A DNA stretch of 64,000 nucleotides from Azolla caroliniana. Taxonomy: Eukaryota > Plantae > Polypodiophyta. The notes below the pieces were generated by a model. The model had not been told where the DNA came from, did no database searches, and saw only the letters and a list, made by a program, of their open reading frames with translations. How positions within the stretch are numbered: the first letter of the stretch is position 1; every line of letters begins with the position of its first letter. Positions 12,929 to 27,689 of the stretch are shown piece after piece. The stretch covers positions 20,150,001 to 20,214,000 of the forward strand of contig JBHGNT010000004.1 of the NCBI GenBank assembly GCA_043228905.1. The letters run 5' to 3'. A program made the position numbers and the translations under genes.

Positions 12929-15900
12929 ACCATCACCTCCATGTCCTATTCATGTACAATAGTACTCCCTACTTGATCACCTCATTCCATCAATGGAACA
13001 AATCAATCTACCATGAAGGCCTAACGCCACAAACTTTCACTCTGATGGCACAGTTTGGATGTGTAATGGAAACAAGGTTGACTGCATGAACTGAAATGAA
13101 TAGCAAGAGGGCATGCAACCATTCATTACACTTCTTACAAAAGAGAAAATCTGACTGAACGGTAAAGAATTGTATTGTTGCTTCATAAGCTTCTAAAAAG
13201 CTTTTGATGTGGTTCACCATGAGCATATTTGGATATGTATGAAAGAACTACCGAATGTCAATTGAACACATACTTGCAAATTCTTGTACCTATGAGAAGG
13301 TTATATATTGAGTATGTACGAGAAAGTAATATATATCTTTGGATTATGCATTGATGAATTGGAGCATATGGTTTGTGCATTTATGCAGTTAGTTCTGGTC
13401 TTGATTAAAATATATATTTCCTCTGATTAAATATATATAAACAATTTGCATATCAAATCAAGAAAATTAGTGGCATGGAATTAAAGCATAAAAAGTAACG
13501 CACCAAGAATGTGGATGTTCTGCTAAGTAACCTACAGCTACCAAGGTCTTGTTTCTTCAATGGTTTGTGTCCAGTAAATAGGCTAAATCCACGTTGAGAG
13601 CAAAATATTCTGTAAGAAAACAAAAGACACTTGAATCATCCATGTAGAGGATATCATTAGGCTATCATTCTTCAGGACCTTGATTGGCTGATTTTCGTTA
13701 TCGACTGATCATGAGATAAGAAAGGTATTCCACAAATCAGAAGGTTGCTCATAAGTCCATGTCCTTCCAATCCCATTATAGAAAGAGGATACTTCATGTC
13801 ATTGTAACCTGAAAAAACAACGGAGTCACTGTTTGAAAATATATTGAGTTTCCAAGGTACGATGCAAATATCAAAAACGTATATTTGATATAGCATATTT
13901 ATAAAACCCAAACTCCTGACAGTTTTATTTATCATAGTTACCATTCCTTATATCTCTATAAGTCCCAAGTTGTGGAGTTCCGTAATAAATAAAAGATCAA
14001 ACATTTTTCACATAATTGGATGTTAAACTAGACAAACTAGGATTTTTTACAAAATCTTCAGAACAAAATGGTGAAAGAAAAGTAATGGATTACAAGAAAT
14101 GTACAGTGCTATGTAGTGATTATATCTTGTAAAAGTGGGAAAGTTTAACCAATCGTTCTCATTCTAAGAAAGTGAAAGTCTCACAGTAACTGAGCACTCA
14201 GGCTAGGCATCAATATGAGAGACAAATGTTATGCGCTTATCCCTCTTCATACTAGATTTTTAAGTATCTTCATGAATCTTACTTTGATCAGCAAGTCGTA
14301 ATCTTTTTGCTTATAGAATATCTCCATGCAAATATCTCATCGTTTCCTTTTGTTAGATAAAAAAATAACCACTTCGGTAATACAATACAAAAGAAATGTG
14401 TCTACATCCCTTCTGAGTGTGGTGAGGTCACTCACTCCACTATGCACACTTTATGAGGTAAACATAAACTGTTTTGCATTATATTACCGAACTCATTACA
14501 TCTTGGCAAGAAAAACATCAAGCACAAGATATTTACATTGAGATACATCTATGAATAAAAATATTTTGGCTGGCTGGTTAAAACACTACTCATGAAGCTG
14601 CATAAAAACAGGAGTATGAATGGGGATGAGCACATTGCCATTACCTCTCTCATATCGATACTGCATCCATGGTGGTCCCCGCTCCTCTGAATAGCCTCCT
14701 ACACCTCATTAGGATGAATATGGCCATTGCCGTGTCTTCGAGAGCTTCTCAAAATTCATACTCATGTAACTTCTTCCATCTTCAATTCACATCATTTGCA
14801 ATAGATTCATCATGACAATGAGTTGTTGATCACCTTCCTTGTCTTTCTCCTTGATTACCTATCTATCTATTTGTCTATTTGTTTGTTGTCTCATCCCTTG
14901 TCTACTACTTGGTAACAAGATCAAAATTATTTTCTGCTTACAAGTGGATACCTTTTCCACATCTTCCTCTATCTCTCTCTTTATCCACTCCGTTTCCTCT
15001 GATTCTTGCTCATGCATTCTCTTCTTCAGTGCATCTTAGGCACCTGACCTTGAGCACATGAACAGTTTTCTTTGTGAAGAGCTATAATAGAAATGCCAAT
15101 CATGACGAGCGTCATGATGAATTGACACGGGGTGAAAAAGAACAAATCAGATGATGATGCTTCTTTCTTTCTTCAAACCAACAGCCCAACAAAAGCAGTG
15201 TTATCTATAAACCTATGCTTCTGCAACAATATATGACAGTCCTTTAATTCCTATAATTACTCATCATCATCTGGTACTGATCTGGAGTGTATCTTGGGTC
15301 TTAGTACAACGACGGGCCAAATATACTTGCCATGTTCATTCTCTTACCTAATGAGTGATGTTATAAATAAGCTCTACCCAATATCTATGTAAGAGGCAGC
15401 CTTATATGCTCGTTTTTATATAATGTGTTTCCTAATGGATCATTTGGCCTACACTTTTAATCAAACCCTCCACGTTCCCATATTGTATTCATTGTAATTT
15501 GTATATGTGCATTTTACAATCACTTTGCGACCCAGTATCATGCAAGAATGACTATGACTTGCGCATGCTACACCATGAATAAGACCATGATGCAAGCATA
15601 TATGTAGACACCTAATTGAAAAAGAGACTTCTAGAACTGAAAATTAAGATAAAAATTTGTGCTTCAAACACGGCAGTTAAACAAGAGATAGTGTTTGAGA
15701 AAAAGGTGTTCGAATTCACTGGAAAAATCAGTCAAAATTTTACTTGCCAGTTTGAATTATTGATTTCAATTACCAATTATTTTATTGCATGAAACAGAAA
15801 AACTCGTAAATATTAGTTGAATTATTAAGCTTTCCAGTTGTAAACATTTATAAACAGAATAACATTAGAAAGAAATGTATCGATTCTACTAAATCTTTCA

Positions 15901-16606
15901 GCGTTTGTGGTATTTTCCCATAGTTGCCAATAATCAATATATAAACAGAAAAACGTGAACCATTAGTAAAGACAATATCCCCAAAGATGGATTGGAAATA
16001 CTATTAAAGATAAAAAAATTCAATTGAGTATAACAACGTTCAATTCTTAATCCTATAAATTTGTGGTATTTGCTCATGATCTTCTATGAATTGATAGATA
16101 AAATGAAATAATCAAAGCGATTGGCTAGGACATTTTCCCATAGACCAGTTGCGTTTCTGTGTAAATTCAGGTCGAAGGTATTGATCAAGGGATCAATATC
16201 CACTCAAGGAATACATAGATTTTCTTGTATTTGTTTGTGTTTTCCTATAATTTGATGCATTACTTTTTAAATTTAAAGAAACACACAAAAAATATGTGTA
16301 TAGGATAATTATTTCCTCTCACAGCTGAAGAAAATATATCCTCCGAGTCACAATTGAAGCTCAAATAAAAAAATGTTTAAAGAAAGACTATTTCCTCTCA
16401 AATCTGAAACAGGAGCATATACTCTGATAAATAATTGGATGCAAATACACATACAGAAACAAAGATGAAAAATGTATGGAGAGATTACCTGAGGATTGTG
16501 GAGGGGCCTTTCTTCTATTCTTCACCACTTCTTTCTAGTGGTCTTCATTTAGTTGCAAAACTACATACAAATGATACATATACAAGTGTGTATGTATATT
16601 ATGAAG

Positions 16607-16738
16607 AATGCCCCTCAATGTTTCTTCCTATTTCCATCCAATGCCCCTCAAATTTTTCTTCATATTTCCGCCCGATTCCCCTTGATTTTTCTTCATATTT
16701 CCATCCAATGCCCCTCAATGTTTCTTCATATTTCTCAG
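16607..16738. repeat. Minisatellite, ~33-bp unit x4
   Basis: AATGCCCCTCAATGTTTCTTC(C/A)TATTTCCATCC-type units in tandem. Confidence 0.85.
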
Positions 16739-17649
16739 TTCTCGTTAATCTCCCCAATTACCCTATCACTTCATCAATCATGCTTGAGGATTTAGAATTA
16801 GGTCACTTCGTTTGCCTTTTTGTCTCACTTGAGAGCTCGGGAAATAAAGAGAAATGAGAGGGCATTCCTTAAGACTGTTATATTTAACGGGTCTTTTGGT
16901 CTCCTCCCTTGCTTTGGACCATGCGAAAGTGGTAGCCAATATATCATATCTATAGTTCATCTCACTTTAGTTTAGGTGTCGTCATTCCTTGACGAACTAC
17001 CTTTAAGATTGAGCAATCTCTTATTGAAATGATAATCCTTCACAATTAAAAGCTTTAATTGACACCTCAACAAATTTATCCTCTATCATAATTGGAGGCG
17101 ATGAAGAATAAGGTTAGAGGTAACTCCTTTACCCGATCGCCCCCTATATGAGATCAATCAACTAACCATTAGATGGCTTAGGAGCACGTTTTATTATTCG
17201 CAACAGTCTCTAACATGATTGATCAATAGGAACAATAGTGCACCAAACTACATTTGTGCATATGCCACAACAAAGAGGGTGGGTGGACTTATTCATGTGG
17301 AACATGGAGAAATTGCGGTGTGCTACATAGTTAACAATTATTCAACTTTGAACTCTAGGATATGTGTAATATGGACAATTTACATATTCATGTCCACACC
17401 ATTGTCATGATGTGGTGTGTGAGAAGGGAGAAACCCACTTAAAACCCAAGTTCATAAGAAATTAAGGTTATGCTTGACAAAACTCGAGAATGCCTTACGA
17501 GGAGTTGGGGATAAAACTAAGAAAGGAAGATCGCTCAAGTGGCAAGAGCTAGCCACTTGAATGATAAAGTGTAGGGTTAATCTTGTTTGGGACAATGGAG
17601 GAAAAGGTGATCTATGATATAAGATGCATAAAAATTAAAAGCATTGGGA

Positions 17650-18300
17650 ACAGGTTCTAGAAAAAGCAATAACTATTTTGGTGAGTGTATTGAAGGCCCA
17701 AGCTTCGTTAATGAACAACTTGATCCACATATCAAAGGAGTAGAAGAGATTTATATTGACCAAGGTAACATGTTGTTAATCAAAGCTCTTCATGCCTACT
17801 CCCTCCAACTTTCATAGATATGCTTTGACTCCATGCCTACCATCAAATGCAAAAGTTGCAAATATTCCAATAATGGAAAAAATGATCTCTATTTTTTATT
17901 TGGGGTCGACCTGTGTGAATTGTGCACAAATCCATTGTCTTGATGTTAAATTACATCGTGACAAAAACTTGTCAAATTTGAGAAATGTAACTCAATATCT
18001 AACAAGCAATCAGACATTGTATGAACTGATGAGTATTATCTTCCATTTGAACAATGCAAAAGAAGCAATTACTCGTTGCTAGTCCACGTCACTTTAGAGC
18101 TAATCCCAAAGACAACCTCCAATCAAAACTCTCCAAATGAAGACCTTCAATACAAATGGCATTTTAGAATGTCTGCTACGTTTTATGATCTGTCACCATT
18201 CGTGATCAAATTTATGTACTTTCCATTCTTGTTTAGCCTTGATGATAGCCATCAAAGAGACTCATTGGAGCAATGATACAAGAGATTAGTAGTCACTTGT
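17650..18300 (-). mobile_element. Highly degenerate L1-type ORF2 fragment
   Basis: Minus-strand remnants resembling the post-RT region (VAW...GG.G.-like at about 17790-17840); many stops. Confidence 0.4.
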
Positions 18301-21300
18301 AAAAATGATGTCTTACCCGATAAACACAAATCAACCCATGATTGCTCTTCTGTTACTTATCTTTCAACGTCTTTATATAGGCTTTCATCCCATGTCTATT
18401 ATCAAACATGAAAGCATTACACATATTCCAATTGTGTTGTAGTCCCCAATAACGTAAAAATTGGAACAATATCTCCATCTCATCATTTGAACCATTTTGA
18501 ACATACTAAGAAAAAACCCATTGTTGAGGTCTTGAACAACAACAGGTTAAAACTTGCCAAATGTCCGATAAGTACTTCCAACTAGTACATGCTATAGGAC
18601 ATTTAATGAACCTATGTGTACTATCCTCCAATGGAACGGTGCAAAAGAAACAAGCGGCAGACCCTAGTCCTTGTCTCTTTAAGGCCGAACCTAATGGGAG
18701 GCCACCAATCATGACTCTCCATATGGATACCTTTGCACGAAATGGTAGATGGGAATGTCAACCATGTTGTAATATTTTTCACCACCTTGCATCTGACTTA
18801 TATACATTCCACAACTTCGTTGCTTTAGGAGATAGCCAAGATAATGATGCCATTGCATGATGATACAATATATTTGTAGTGACCTGTAACAAGCGTGTAC
18901 CATCTTGTAACCGCCAATCCACCCAAGGTGCAACATTTGTTTTCAATGTTAAAGATCCTTGCAACAATGGTATATCTTGTAATTTCTCCCAAATAAATCC
19001 ATAATTTGGGGGGATACATAACCATCGCTTGACATCTTCAAATTCTGACAACCTTTGAGATTCATTATCAATCACATGTTCCAAATGTACAATCCCCAAT
19101 TGAAATAAACGATTGAATTGAGATCTCAACTTCTCTTTCCCATGCCAAAACAACACTCGAGAAGAAATAAGCAATTCATTTTGTAATGAATTACAAGATT
19201 CTCGATCACTTGATGGTCCCCATTAAAAAAGAGATAATGCATCTTGTCATTTATCTTACCAAATGTTGTCCACATATAGAATGTCGAATCTTTAAAGGAA
19301 TACTTCCATTGAGTAATGACCACCAGGATGCTTGAATCTTTGTTTTCCCGTGCACCAATCCTTCATGCTCAATAAATTATTGCATCATAGATATTCATGG
19401 TTGATCTTGTTGACATATATCTCGTAATAACGCAAATCTACGAGCCATCAAATGCATTTCCAAATCCAATATTGCCGCACCACCTAACCTTTTAGGAGTA
19501 GCCAAATGGTCCCATGAAATCCATGTAACTCCCACTATTTCTCCCTTCCACCACAACATGAACCAAATAGGTTGTAACATGTTTTGTAATACCTTCTTAG
19601 TCCAAGGTAGTAAAGGCAAAAAATATCATAACATGGGTATCAAGATACATTGCACCACTTTGAGTCGTACATTAACGGGCCATAATTGAGACTTCCAATA
19701 CATAAATTTGTCCTTCAATTTACTACCAATCCAATCAATCAATTGAACATTTGCAACATCAACACCCAATGGATTACCCAAATCTCGATAAATTGATCCT
19801 CGTGTAATCACTAACCCTCGCCATCCCAAACATTTCAAATCACTCTCTGTACAAGAAATAAGACGAGACTTCCTCCAATTTATATACAACCCTAAAACCA
19901 AAGCAAATTGATCCCAAACTTGCATATTCCTTTCAAGCTTTTCTTTTGAGGCTTGTAAAAACACAAAAGAATCATCAACCAATGCTTGTGCCACCAATTG
20001 TCATCCAGAAGGAAGATGCAAACCCACAACCTATCACCACTGACCGCAAGATTTGACAACATTACTAACAAAGGATGTGTAACAATAGCAAATAACAATG
20101 GGCTTAGTGGACATCCTTGGCGCACGGATCTAGTAAGAAACACTTTCGGAGTAACTCCGCCATTAAGCATCACACGTGATGTTACATTTTGCCCAAGCAA
20201 AAAGATAAGTTAACACATACGAGGACCAAACCCCATATACATCACACCTTAGAGGAAAGACCAATTAATATGATCATATGCTTTTTCCAAATCTAATTGC
20301 ACCATAACCATTTCTTGATGTGTATTTGAGCATAATCAGTAGCCATTTGAACATTCAAAACATTATGCAATATATTTCCACCTACAATAAAACCATATTG
20401 AGATGGATGAATAAGTTGAGGTAATAATTTCTTAAGTCTATTGGATAATATCTTTGCAAACACTTTGTACAACCTTCCCATCAATGAAGTAGGCCTCCAT
20501 TGATGAAATGACTTCGGAGATGGTACCTTTGGTATCAATTTGGTTAAGCCCACCTTCCAGCTCTCAGGCATGAAACCAAAATCCCAACATTATTGAAACA
20601 TTTGTGTGAATGGACTCTTAAGCATGCCATCATAATTCTTAAAAAAATCATTTGTAATACCATCCCAACCAAGGCTTTTACCATTTAGAAGGTGTAATAA
20701 TACATTTTCCACCTCAACTTCTTCAAAATCAGCATCCAATTCTTGACAAATATTTGTATTCACGACACACCCAATTACATTATAAAACTCTTATCGTGCG
20801 TTCAACACATCCTCATTAATAATCAACTCTGGCCCAATCAAATTCTTAAAATGAGTAATACATAACTCAATAACCTTGATTGGGTCTACAATAATGTCAT
20901 CCCCTATCTTAATTTGTACCACATTCAAACGAGCATATGATGGTCTTAATCCTTGAAAAAATATATGAGATTGTGATTGATTATCTATAAATCCCTCCTT
21001 TAATTGACGTAGTCTTGTGTGTTGATAACTTTGACAAGACAAATTCTTCACAATGTCATGTACTTGAACTTGGACATCCAAAAGCTCTTCATCATGTAGA
21101 TTATTCATCAATAGTACATTGCATCGTGTAAGAATATGGGAAAACTTATCAATCAATTTCTTACGTCTTTTAGCACTAGTCATAATATACATACGATGAA
21201 TATCACTGATGTTTTGTAGTGTTATATCCCATGCATGCCATCCTTTTGAAATAACTTGTTTTGAAAACACGGCACCAATTTGTTGCATATAGGCGTCAAA

Positions 21301-23760
21301 TAAGGAATCTAATAATAAAGAAGAATTAAACCTCAAAGGAACTCGATCAAGCAATGTTTTGTACATATCTACCCTATGTTTATTAAACTCAAAACATATG
21401 GGAAAATGATATGATGTCACAACCTCTTGCATAATTGCCATATTAAGCATCGCTGACAAAAACGACTCATCATGCATAACATACATTCTATCTAACCTAC
21501 TCCATGTTTCCTTATATTGCATAGACTGAAATGTAAACCCTACCTCATCTTGATGCAACCATTTCCATACATCCAACTTCAAAACCTCTTATGCTAATTT
21601 GACCCAAACTGCTTCCTCAAGAGAATCCATCAATGAGAATCATGAAGTAGATTGTGAAACATCAACACACATATTAAAATCACCCATTAACAAACCAACA
21701 CGACCCATTAATAACTGTGAATACATTGAAAACCATAACTCAATGCGTTGATTAGCATTATTAGGTGCATAGATTCCTACCGACCATATCAAATCCTCAA
21801 AATACTTGACTTCCATCACAAAAAAATGTCCATATGGATCATTATAGTCTATATGTGGACAAAACAAATCACGAATAATCATGACTACCCCTGAGTAATG
21901 ATGTGATAATTGTCTTGCATAATATGCGGAATATCCACACAAATGTAACACAAATCTTGCTAAATCATGACACTTATGTCCAAGTGCACATAAAACATCC
22001 CATTCTTTATCAAATAAAGTTTTCCACAATATATATTTCTTACGAGGAGAAGTTGCCCCTCACACATTCCATGATACCACTTTCATTTAACACCTTTAGT
22101 AAGAACTTGCTCTTTATGAGCAATTGTATTCATGAATGTACTAGCTACTTGTTCAGAGATGCATAAAGATTCGTGTGTACTACATCTCCACCACCAATAA
22201 TAGGATTTTGTTGTCTAGCTCCATGAGAACAAAGTCCTTGATTTAATTTAGGTCGCACCACCCTTCCTGAAGAATCAAATTGTAATTGGTTGGACACTCT
22301 CTGATTCCACACTTGTTTCTACCAGGGATTTTTCTTAAAGCCCTTATTCAATCTCAAATTATCTTTTGGTAATACCTTGTCGTTAGTATTTTTTGTGTCC
22401 CTTTGTACGGCAACACACTTCCCTTTTATCTTATGCTTCACTTGATGCCACCCTCCATCTTCAACATCTGGGTCACTGTCACAGACGTGACAGATTTGAA
22501 GTCTTGACCTCTTGACATATACAGTCAAGTGTTGTGTTCTAACCAACACATCCAAATATATGGTCATGTTATGTATATCTTAATAGATAATCACTGTCAC
22601 ATTAATACGTACTCCATTCTCCTCCCCAGATAATCACTGTCACATTAATACGTACTCCATTCTCCTCCCCAACACCTCTGACATGACCATGAACTTTAGG
22701 ATCTCGCTCTAACCCATGAGATGTTCCCTCATCCATGACTATATCAACCATTGAGACAATATCCTTCTCAACATCTTCTTTATTTTTCCCTTTGACATAA
22801 TTTTCCGGGGATAATTCACCATGATATTGACGTTCATCCATAAAATGCCTCAATTTACTACATTTAAAACAATGTCCTGCAAAGTCTCCCATTGAAGCTT
22901 AAAACGAAATTGAGATATATCTATACTCAACCATCCTAGAAGTTTACAACTTGTATCCCATAATATGCAAAATCTACATTTGTTCAACGAATTAACATGA
23001 GGAACAATCAAAACTTTACCAATTTGAGACATCAATCCTGGTAGTAAATCCCAAAATAATGAGTTACAACAATCAAACGGTCACCCAAATTGGACATTGT
23101 TGTTTTAATAAACCTTTATAATCCACCACCAGAACCCATTCCATCAATACACTAATCTTCTATAAAAAAAGATTGGTACCTTTGCCATCAAAACCGTACG
23201 ATGTTTTGATGATCGAAAAACCACATCATAGAAACCTCTTGGACCCACATACACATCCTCAACACATTTAGGCATTATGAATGAATTCAACCGATTCTTA
23301 ATCCATGATACCAAAGGAAGTTTACTAGTGAAATACAAAACAACACCACGATCATAGAACCTGTCAAAAGTTGCTAAAATAGACTTGGTCTCCATCACCA
23401 CCTCTACAACATCCTCCTCCACACAATCTTTAGCTTCTTTCTTCTTCTTTTTCCATAAAACCAGAAAGCAAAGCCCTAACAAAATCACAAAGACTGTCAA
23501 TATCATAATCATCTCCAATAACATCTTTCCTACCAAGAATTTGTAATTTTCACAACCATCATTACTACCACATCCATCGACAATCATCAACTCACTTCCT
23601 GTTGTTGTGTCAGCCATCCTAATAGAGATGGAGAGAACTAACATGAGACGATGACAATTTTCCTTGTAGCTTCTTGTAACGACAATGAACCTTAACGTCC
23701 AAATAATCCTTGGAAAGCTCTCTGAACGAGCTTCGCAACGAGCCAAAAATCATAAAAAAC
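18300..23760 (-). mobile_element. Near full-length, decayed L1-clade LINE (ORF1 + ORF2)
   Basis: ORF1 pieces 23746-22100 (GPRGFYDVVFRS, CCHC knuckle HCFKCSKLRHF); APE endonuclease (GIYAPN, LMGDFN, WSRLDRMY); RT (LIPK..WRP, QYGFI, RQGCPLSPLLF, LVDDS); zf-RVT (ACFFC..EDSTHRFIKC). Many stops and frameshifts; 43-bp internal duplication at 22586-22670. Confidence 0.93.
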
Positions 23761-23768
23761 GGAGTTTC

Positions 23769-23876
23769 GTAATTGCCCTCTCCTATCTGCTCCAACTCCT
23801 TGAAAACGTTGACGCTCCTTGAACCCCACGACGTTGCCTCTTCTAAATTCAGTTATCCTGTAGACGCCGAAGCCAT
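23769..23876 (-). pseudogene. CDKC: Isolated remnant of the N-terminal coding exon of a cyclin-dependent kinase C gene
   Basis: Minus strand from ATG 23876 reads MASASTG*LNLEEATSWGSRSVNVFKELEQIGEGNY, against plant CDKC MA(M)ASFGQLNLEE..WGSRSVDCFEKLEQIGEGTYG. The TAA replaces a Gln codon and no further CDKC exons are visible. Confidence 0.82.
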
Positions 23877-23954
23877 GGTGCTCGACGTGTGTGTGTGTGT
23901 GTGTGAAGAATGTTCAGACCCGCTCTCTCATGAGTGATCACAAGCTTTTCTTGG

Positions 23955-24005
<51 letters not shown>

Positions 24006-24009
24006 AGAG

Positions 24010-25550
24010 AACTACATTATTTGGACTATCGTTGCCACATTGATAATAAGACATGTTGAAGTGCAAACAGGCAACACAAACACACTGCAAATGAGAGAAT
24101 ATTCCCTCATTCCAATCAACAAATTTGTCAATGCAATGCTCCAACGTTCATAGATATGCCTTAACTCCCCGCCTACGATCAAACATGAAAGCATTGCACA
24201 TATTCCAATTATGATGCAATCTCTAACACCTCAAAACGAGAAAAACAACATCCATATGTGATTTTAGGCAAGGTAGAGTAATATGTGCAAATAACTACTA
24301 ATAATCTTAGAATCAAATATGAGAAATGCAAATCCAAGTCTTATGAGCAATTAGAGACTATATGAATCAATCCAATCTATCTTTCTATTGAGGCGTACAA
24401 AAAATAATTGCTTGTTATTAGTATATACCTCTTTAGAAAGAAACTACCCTAAAGGTAGATCCTCAATCATCTTTCTCTAAGTAAAGACATTTGTTGGAAA
24501 TGACAAATTAGATTTTCATCAATGTTGTAATGTCTAGCATAATGCATGACTAAACTTACTTGCATGCCAATCGAGCTATAGATAATTAACCATCGATGCA
24601 ACTTCAAAAGGCAATGGTACACGTCTACAAGATATTAGTTGTCACTAGTAAAAAGTGTGTACTTGAAAACATAGATCCAACCATGGTTGCTCTTTGGTTC
24701 TCATAGGCAAGGGACTCTACATTGATTAAATACTTTGCAACTTTTGCCAAATAAATGTCTTATATTAACAAACTCCAAAAATATTTGATATTGTGCATCA
24801 ACCACATCTCCAACCCTAATTGAAACAAGTGATTGAAGTAATATTGCAATCTATATTCTCCATGTTAGCATGATATCTGAGATAATTCAAGTAGCTCCTT
24901 TTACAAGGAATTACATTTCTCTCTACGAGATGACATACCATTCAAATAAAGAAAGGGCTTCTTGCCATGATGCAAGCAATTATTGAACCCATCGGTGAAC
25001 TTTTATGTGGAATAGTTCTATTTAGTACTTGCCATCAAGAACCCATAGCCCTCAAAATGTTACATCTTCCTTCTTGATGAAATTTGAAGATAGGTAACCC
25101 CTACTGTGATTGCAACCACATGTCTTGCAATTGTGAAAAGCACAACATATATCGAAAAGGATGGATGCAAATCCTTCTTAGTCCATGGAATCAATGGTAG
25201 AACATGGGCCCCATAATACATTGCAAAACTTCAAGTCATGCATGAAGAGGTCAAGATTGTGATTTCCAATACATGAGCTCATCCATCAATTCAAAAGGTT
25301 GAGCACTAGTAATATTTGACTCACCCCAAATTTCTAAAAATAGAGCCTTTTCCAACTACCAACTCTTTTGTTCTAAACTTTTCAAATCCCTCTCAGTACA
25401 CGCAATGAGGTGATACTTCCACCAAATAATATGCAACCTAGCTAAAAATCCAACATCTACATTACATTCTCAAGTTTTTCTTATGAGACTTGTAAAAACA
25501 TGAATGAATTATTTGCCAAAGGTTACACTACAAGAAGTTATTTAGATGAA
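24010..25550 (-). mobile_element. Older 3' ORF2 fragment of a related L1
   Basis: ATCAAACATGAAAGCATT.CACATATTCCAATT (about 24178) matches about 18401, and CCTTCTTAGTCCA.GG (about 25173) matches about 19594 of the neighbouring L1. Confidence 0.7.
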
Positions 25551-25627
25551 AGGTGAAGACCCACAATATCTACATTATTTGCAAGCCTTGATAACATCAC
25601 TAAAAAATCGAATGCACTATAATCAAT

Positions 25628-25662
<35 letters not shown>

Positions 25663-26339
25663 GAGAGAGAGAGAGAGAGAGAGTTGATCTAATTCTCAAT
25701 TCATTCAACCATTGACCAACCTCGCCTCTAACCAATAAAATATTCTAGGTAGTTGTTTGTGGAAAATTTCCCACTCTTGGTCACTTCGTGTACCAATCTA
25801 TACCACTCCTCAAGTTACCTTCACCATCTCGGCATTCTGGGCACTTTACATTTGCTCTTTGTTTGAGAAAAGGTGGCCAAACTTTTGAGAGAATTTGCTT
25901 TCTTTTTGTAAGGGCTATACCTTAGCAGTAACCCAAGTTTATTTGCTTACTTGTGCTCAAATATCACGATACATATAATTTACCAGACGCCATCGTGGAA
26001 TGTAGTTAGACACATGACCTTTTGGCTCCATCGGACAATCTTACCAGCTAAGATACAATCACCATGGACATACATATATATCATAATCACCTTCACTACA
26101 TGGCAAGTAAGTGGTGTCATTGTGTTTAAACAAGGACAATAGCATATGATTTCCGTGGCTTCGTGTTCCTCCTTATGTTCGTTTTTTTTTGTCTCTTCTC
26201 GCATTATATGACTATACCAAGTTTCTAGCTCGAATGTACGGAATTCACTAGATGCCATCATAGAATGCGATGGACGAACGGATCCACGGGAAGACCGAAA
26301 ACACGGACGACTCTTGCAAGATCAAAAGATCCTTATATA

Positions 26340-26878
26340 TACACACACACACACACACACATATATGAGAAGAAGAAGAAGAAGAAGAAGAAGGAATGAT
26401 GTAGAGAGGGGGGTAGGGTTCATCATCCAAATTTATGTTATAATTTGGCCCTTTCTTGTTTTGTTTTAACTCTTCTTCTTCTTCTTCTTCTTCTTCTGTT
26501 GTGCATACATACATACTGTATAAATTTATAACATTTTTTTGTTAACATGGATGGTGTGAATTGATCGAATGCATCCTCCCTTCTCCTTCTCCTTCTCCTT
26601 CTCCTTCTCCTTCGGCTGCCGCCTGCCGCTGCTGCTGCTGCTTCATCTCCTTTTTAAAGTTCCATTCTCTGAACATTTCATCTTCTGCACACACACACAC
26701 ATCTCTCACTCTGTCTCTCAACACCACCAGGTATCATCTTTAATACCTTCTCTTTCATTACATTTCACTATTTCTTCTCGCTGTGCGTGCGTGTCTGTTC
26801 TTTATATGTTCTCCAATTTGGATCAGATTCTAATCATATCTCTTCATTTACCGTCAGGTTCATGGCTTCATTCTGAAT

Positions 26879-26941
<63 letters not shown>
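26340..26941. repeat. Microsatellite cluster ((CA)n, (GAA)n, (CTT)n, (CCTTCT)n, (CT)n(CA)n) around the putative promoter, 5'UTR and first intron of the gene at 29.3 kb
   Basis: Simple repeats seen directly; candidate donors CAG|GTATC (26730) and CAG|GTAATA (27340). Confidence 0.7.
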
Positions 26942-26942
<1 letters not shown>

Positions 26943-27689
26943 CGCACATGTTTAGATCTTCGTGGATGATGAAATTTGTTTTTTCAAGTCAATTCTAGGT
27001 TGAACCATATAAATGAAAAACACGTGATTACTTCCTCTGATGAGGTTTCATTCTTCCTCATAATTTCTAGGCTTAATCACCTGGATGGAAAATGATGGGA
27101 AAAGCGGAATTACTTCTTCTAATTATGTTTTCTTTCTTCTTCAGAGCTGTCTATGTCATTACCTAGTATTTATTCTCTGTCCAAGTGACTGTTGGAAGAT
27201 AAAGGAAGGAAATGGGCAAATCCTCAGACAGATCGACTGTCTCTACCCTATTTTCAACCACATAAGAGTGGATATGGTGTCTCTAGTGATCCGAAATATG
27301 TTGATGGAGACAAGATCCTGAAAGAGAAGAAGAGATACAGGTAATATTAAGCATTCATGAACAAGCTAGTTTGGAAACTCATTGTGGTTCTTTATTCTGT
27401 GATTGAAAGAAAACTGATCTCTGCAGGCAAAATAAAGTCAATTTTGATTATTTCTTTGTAAGCGTTATTGGTCCTTAAGCAGGTGTACTGTTCATGCCGT
27501 GTAGATTATATGATGCATTATTGCTTGCCTTAGGGTAATAAGATACAGTAAGAATAGTTGGAAAAAGAGCCTTTTCTGCAGAAGTAAGTTGTTGGTTTCT
27601 TTGCAAGCATAATCAAGATGTGTTTGCTTCATCATAAATTAGGGACAGTTTACAGGCTCAGCAGGCTATTTGATACATCATTATTTGTC

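Noticed and set aside
14645-15060. Separate small gene, conserved uORF or C/D snoRNA in the upstream part of the minus-strand gene
   Set aside because: Splice-like signals exist but every frame is interrupted, no homology was recognised, and the ATGATGA motif has no suitably placed D box or terminal stem.
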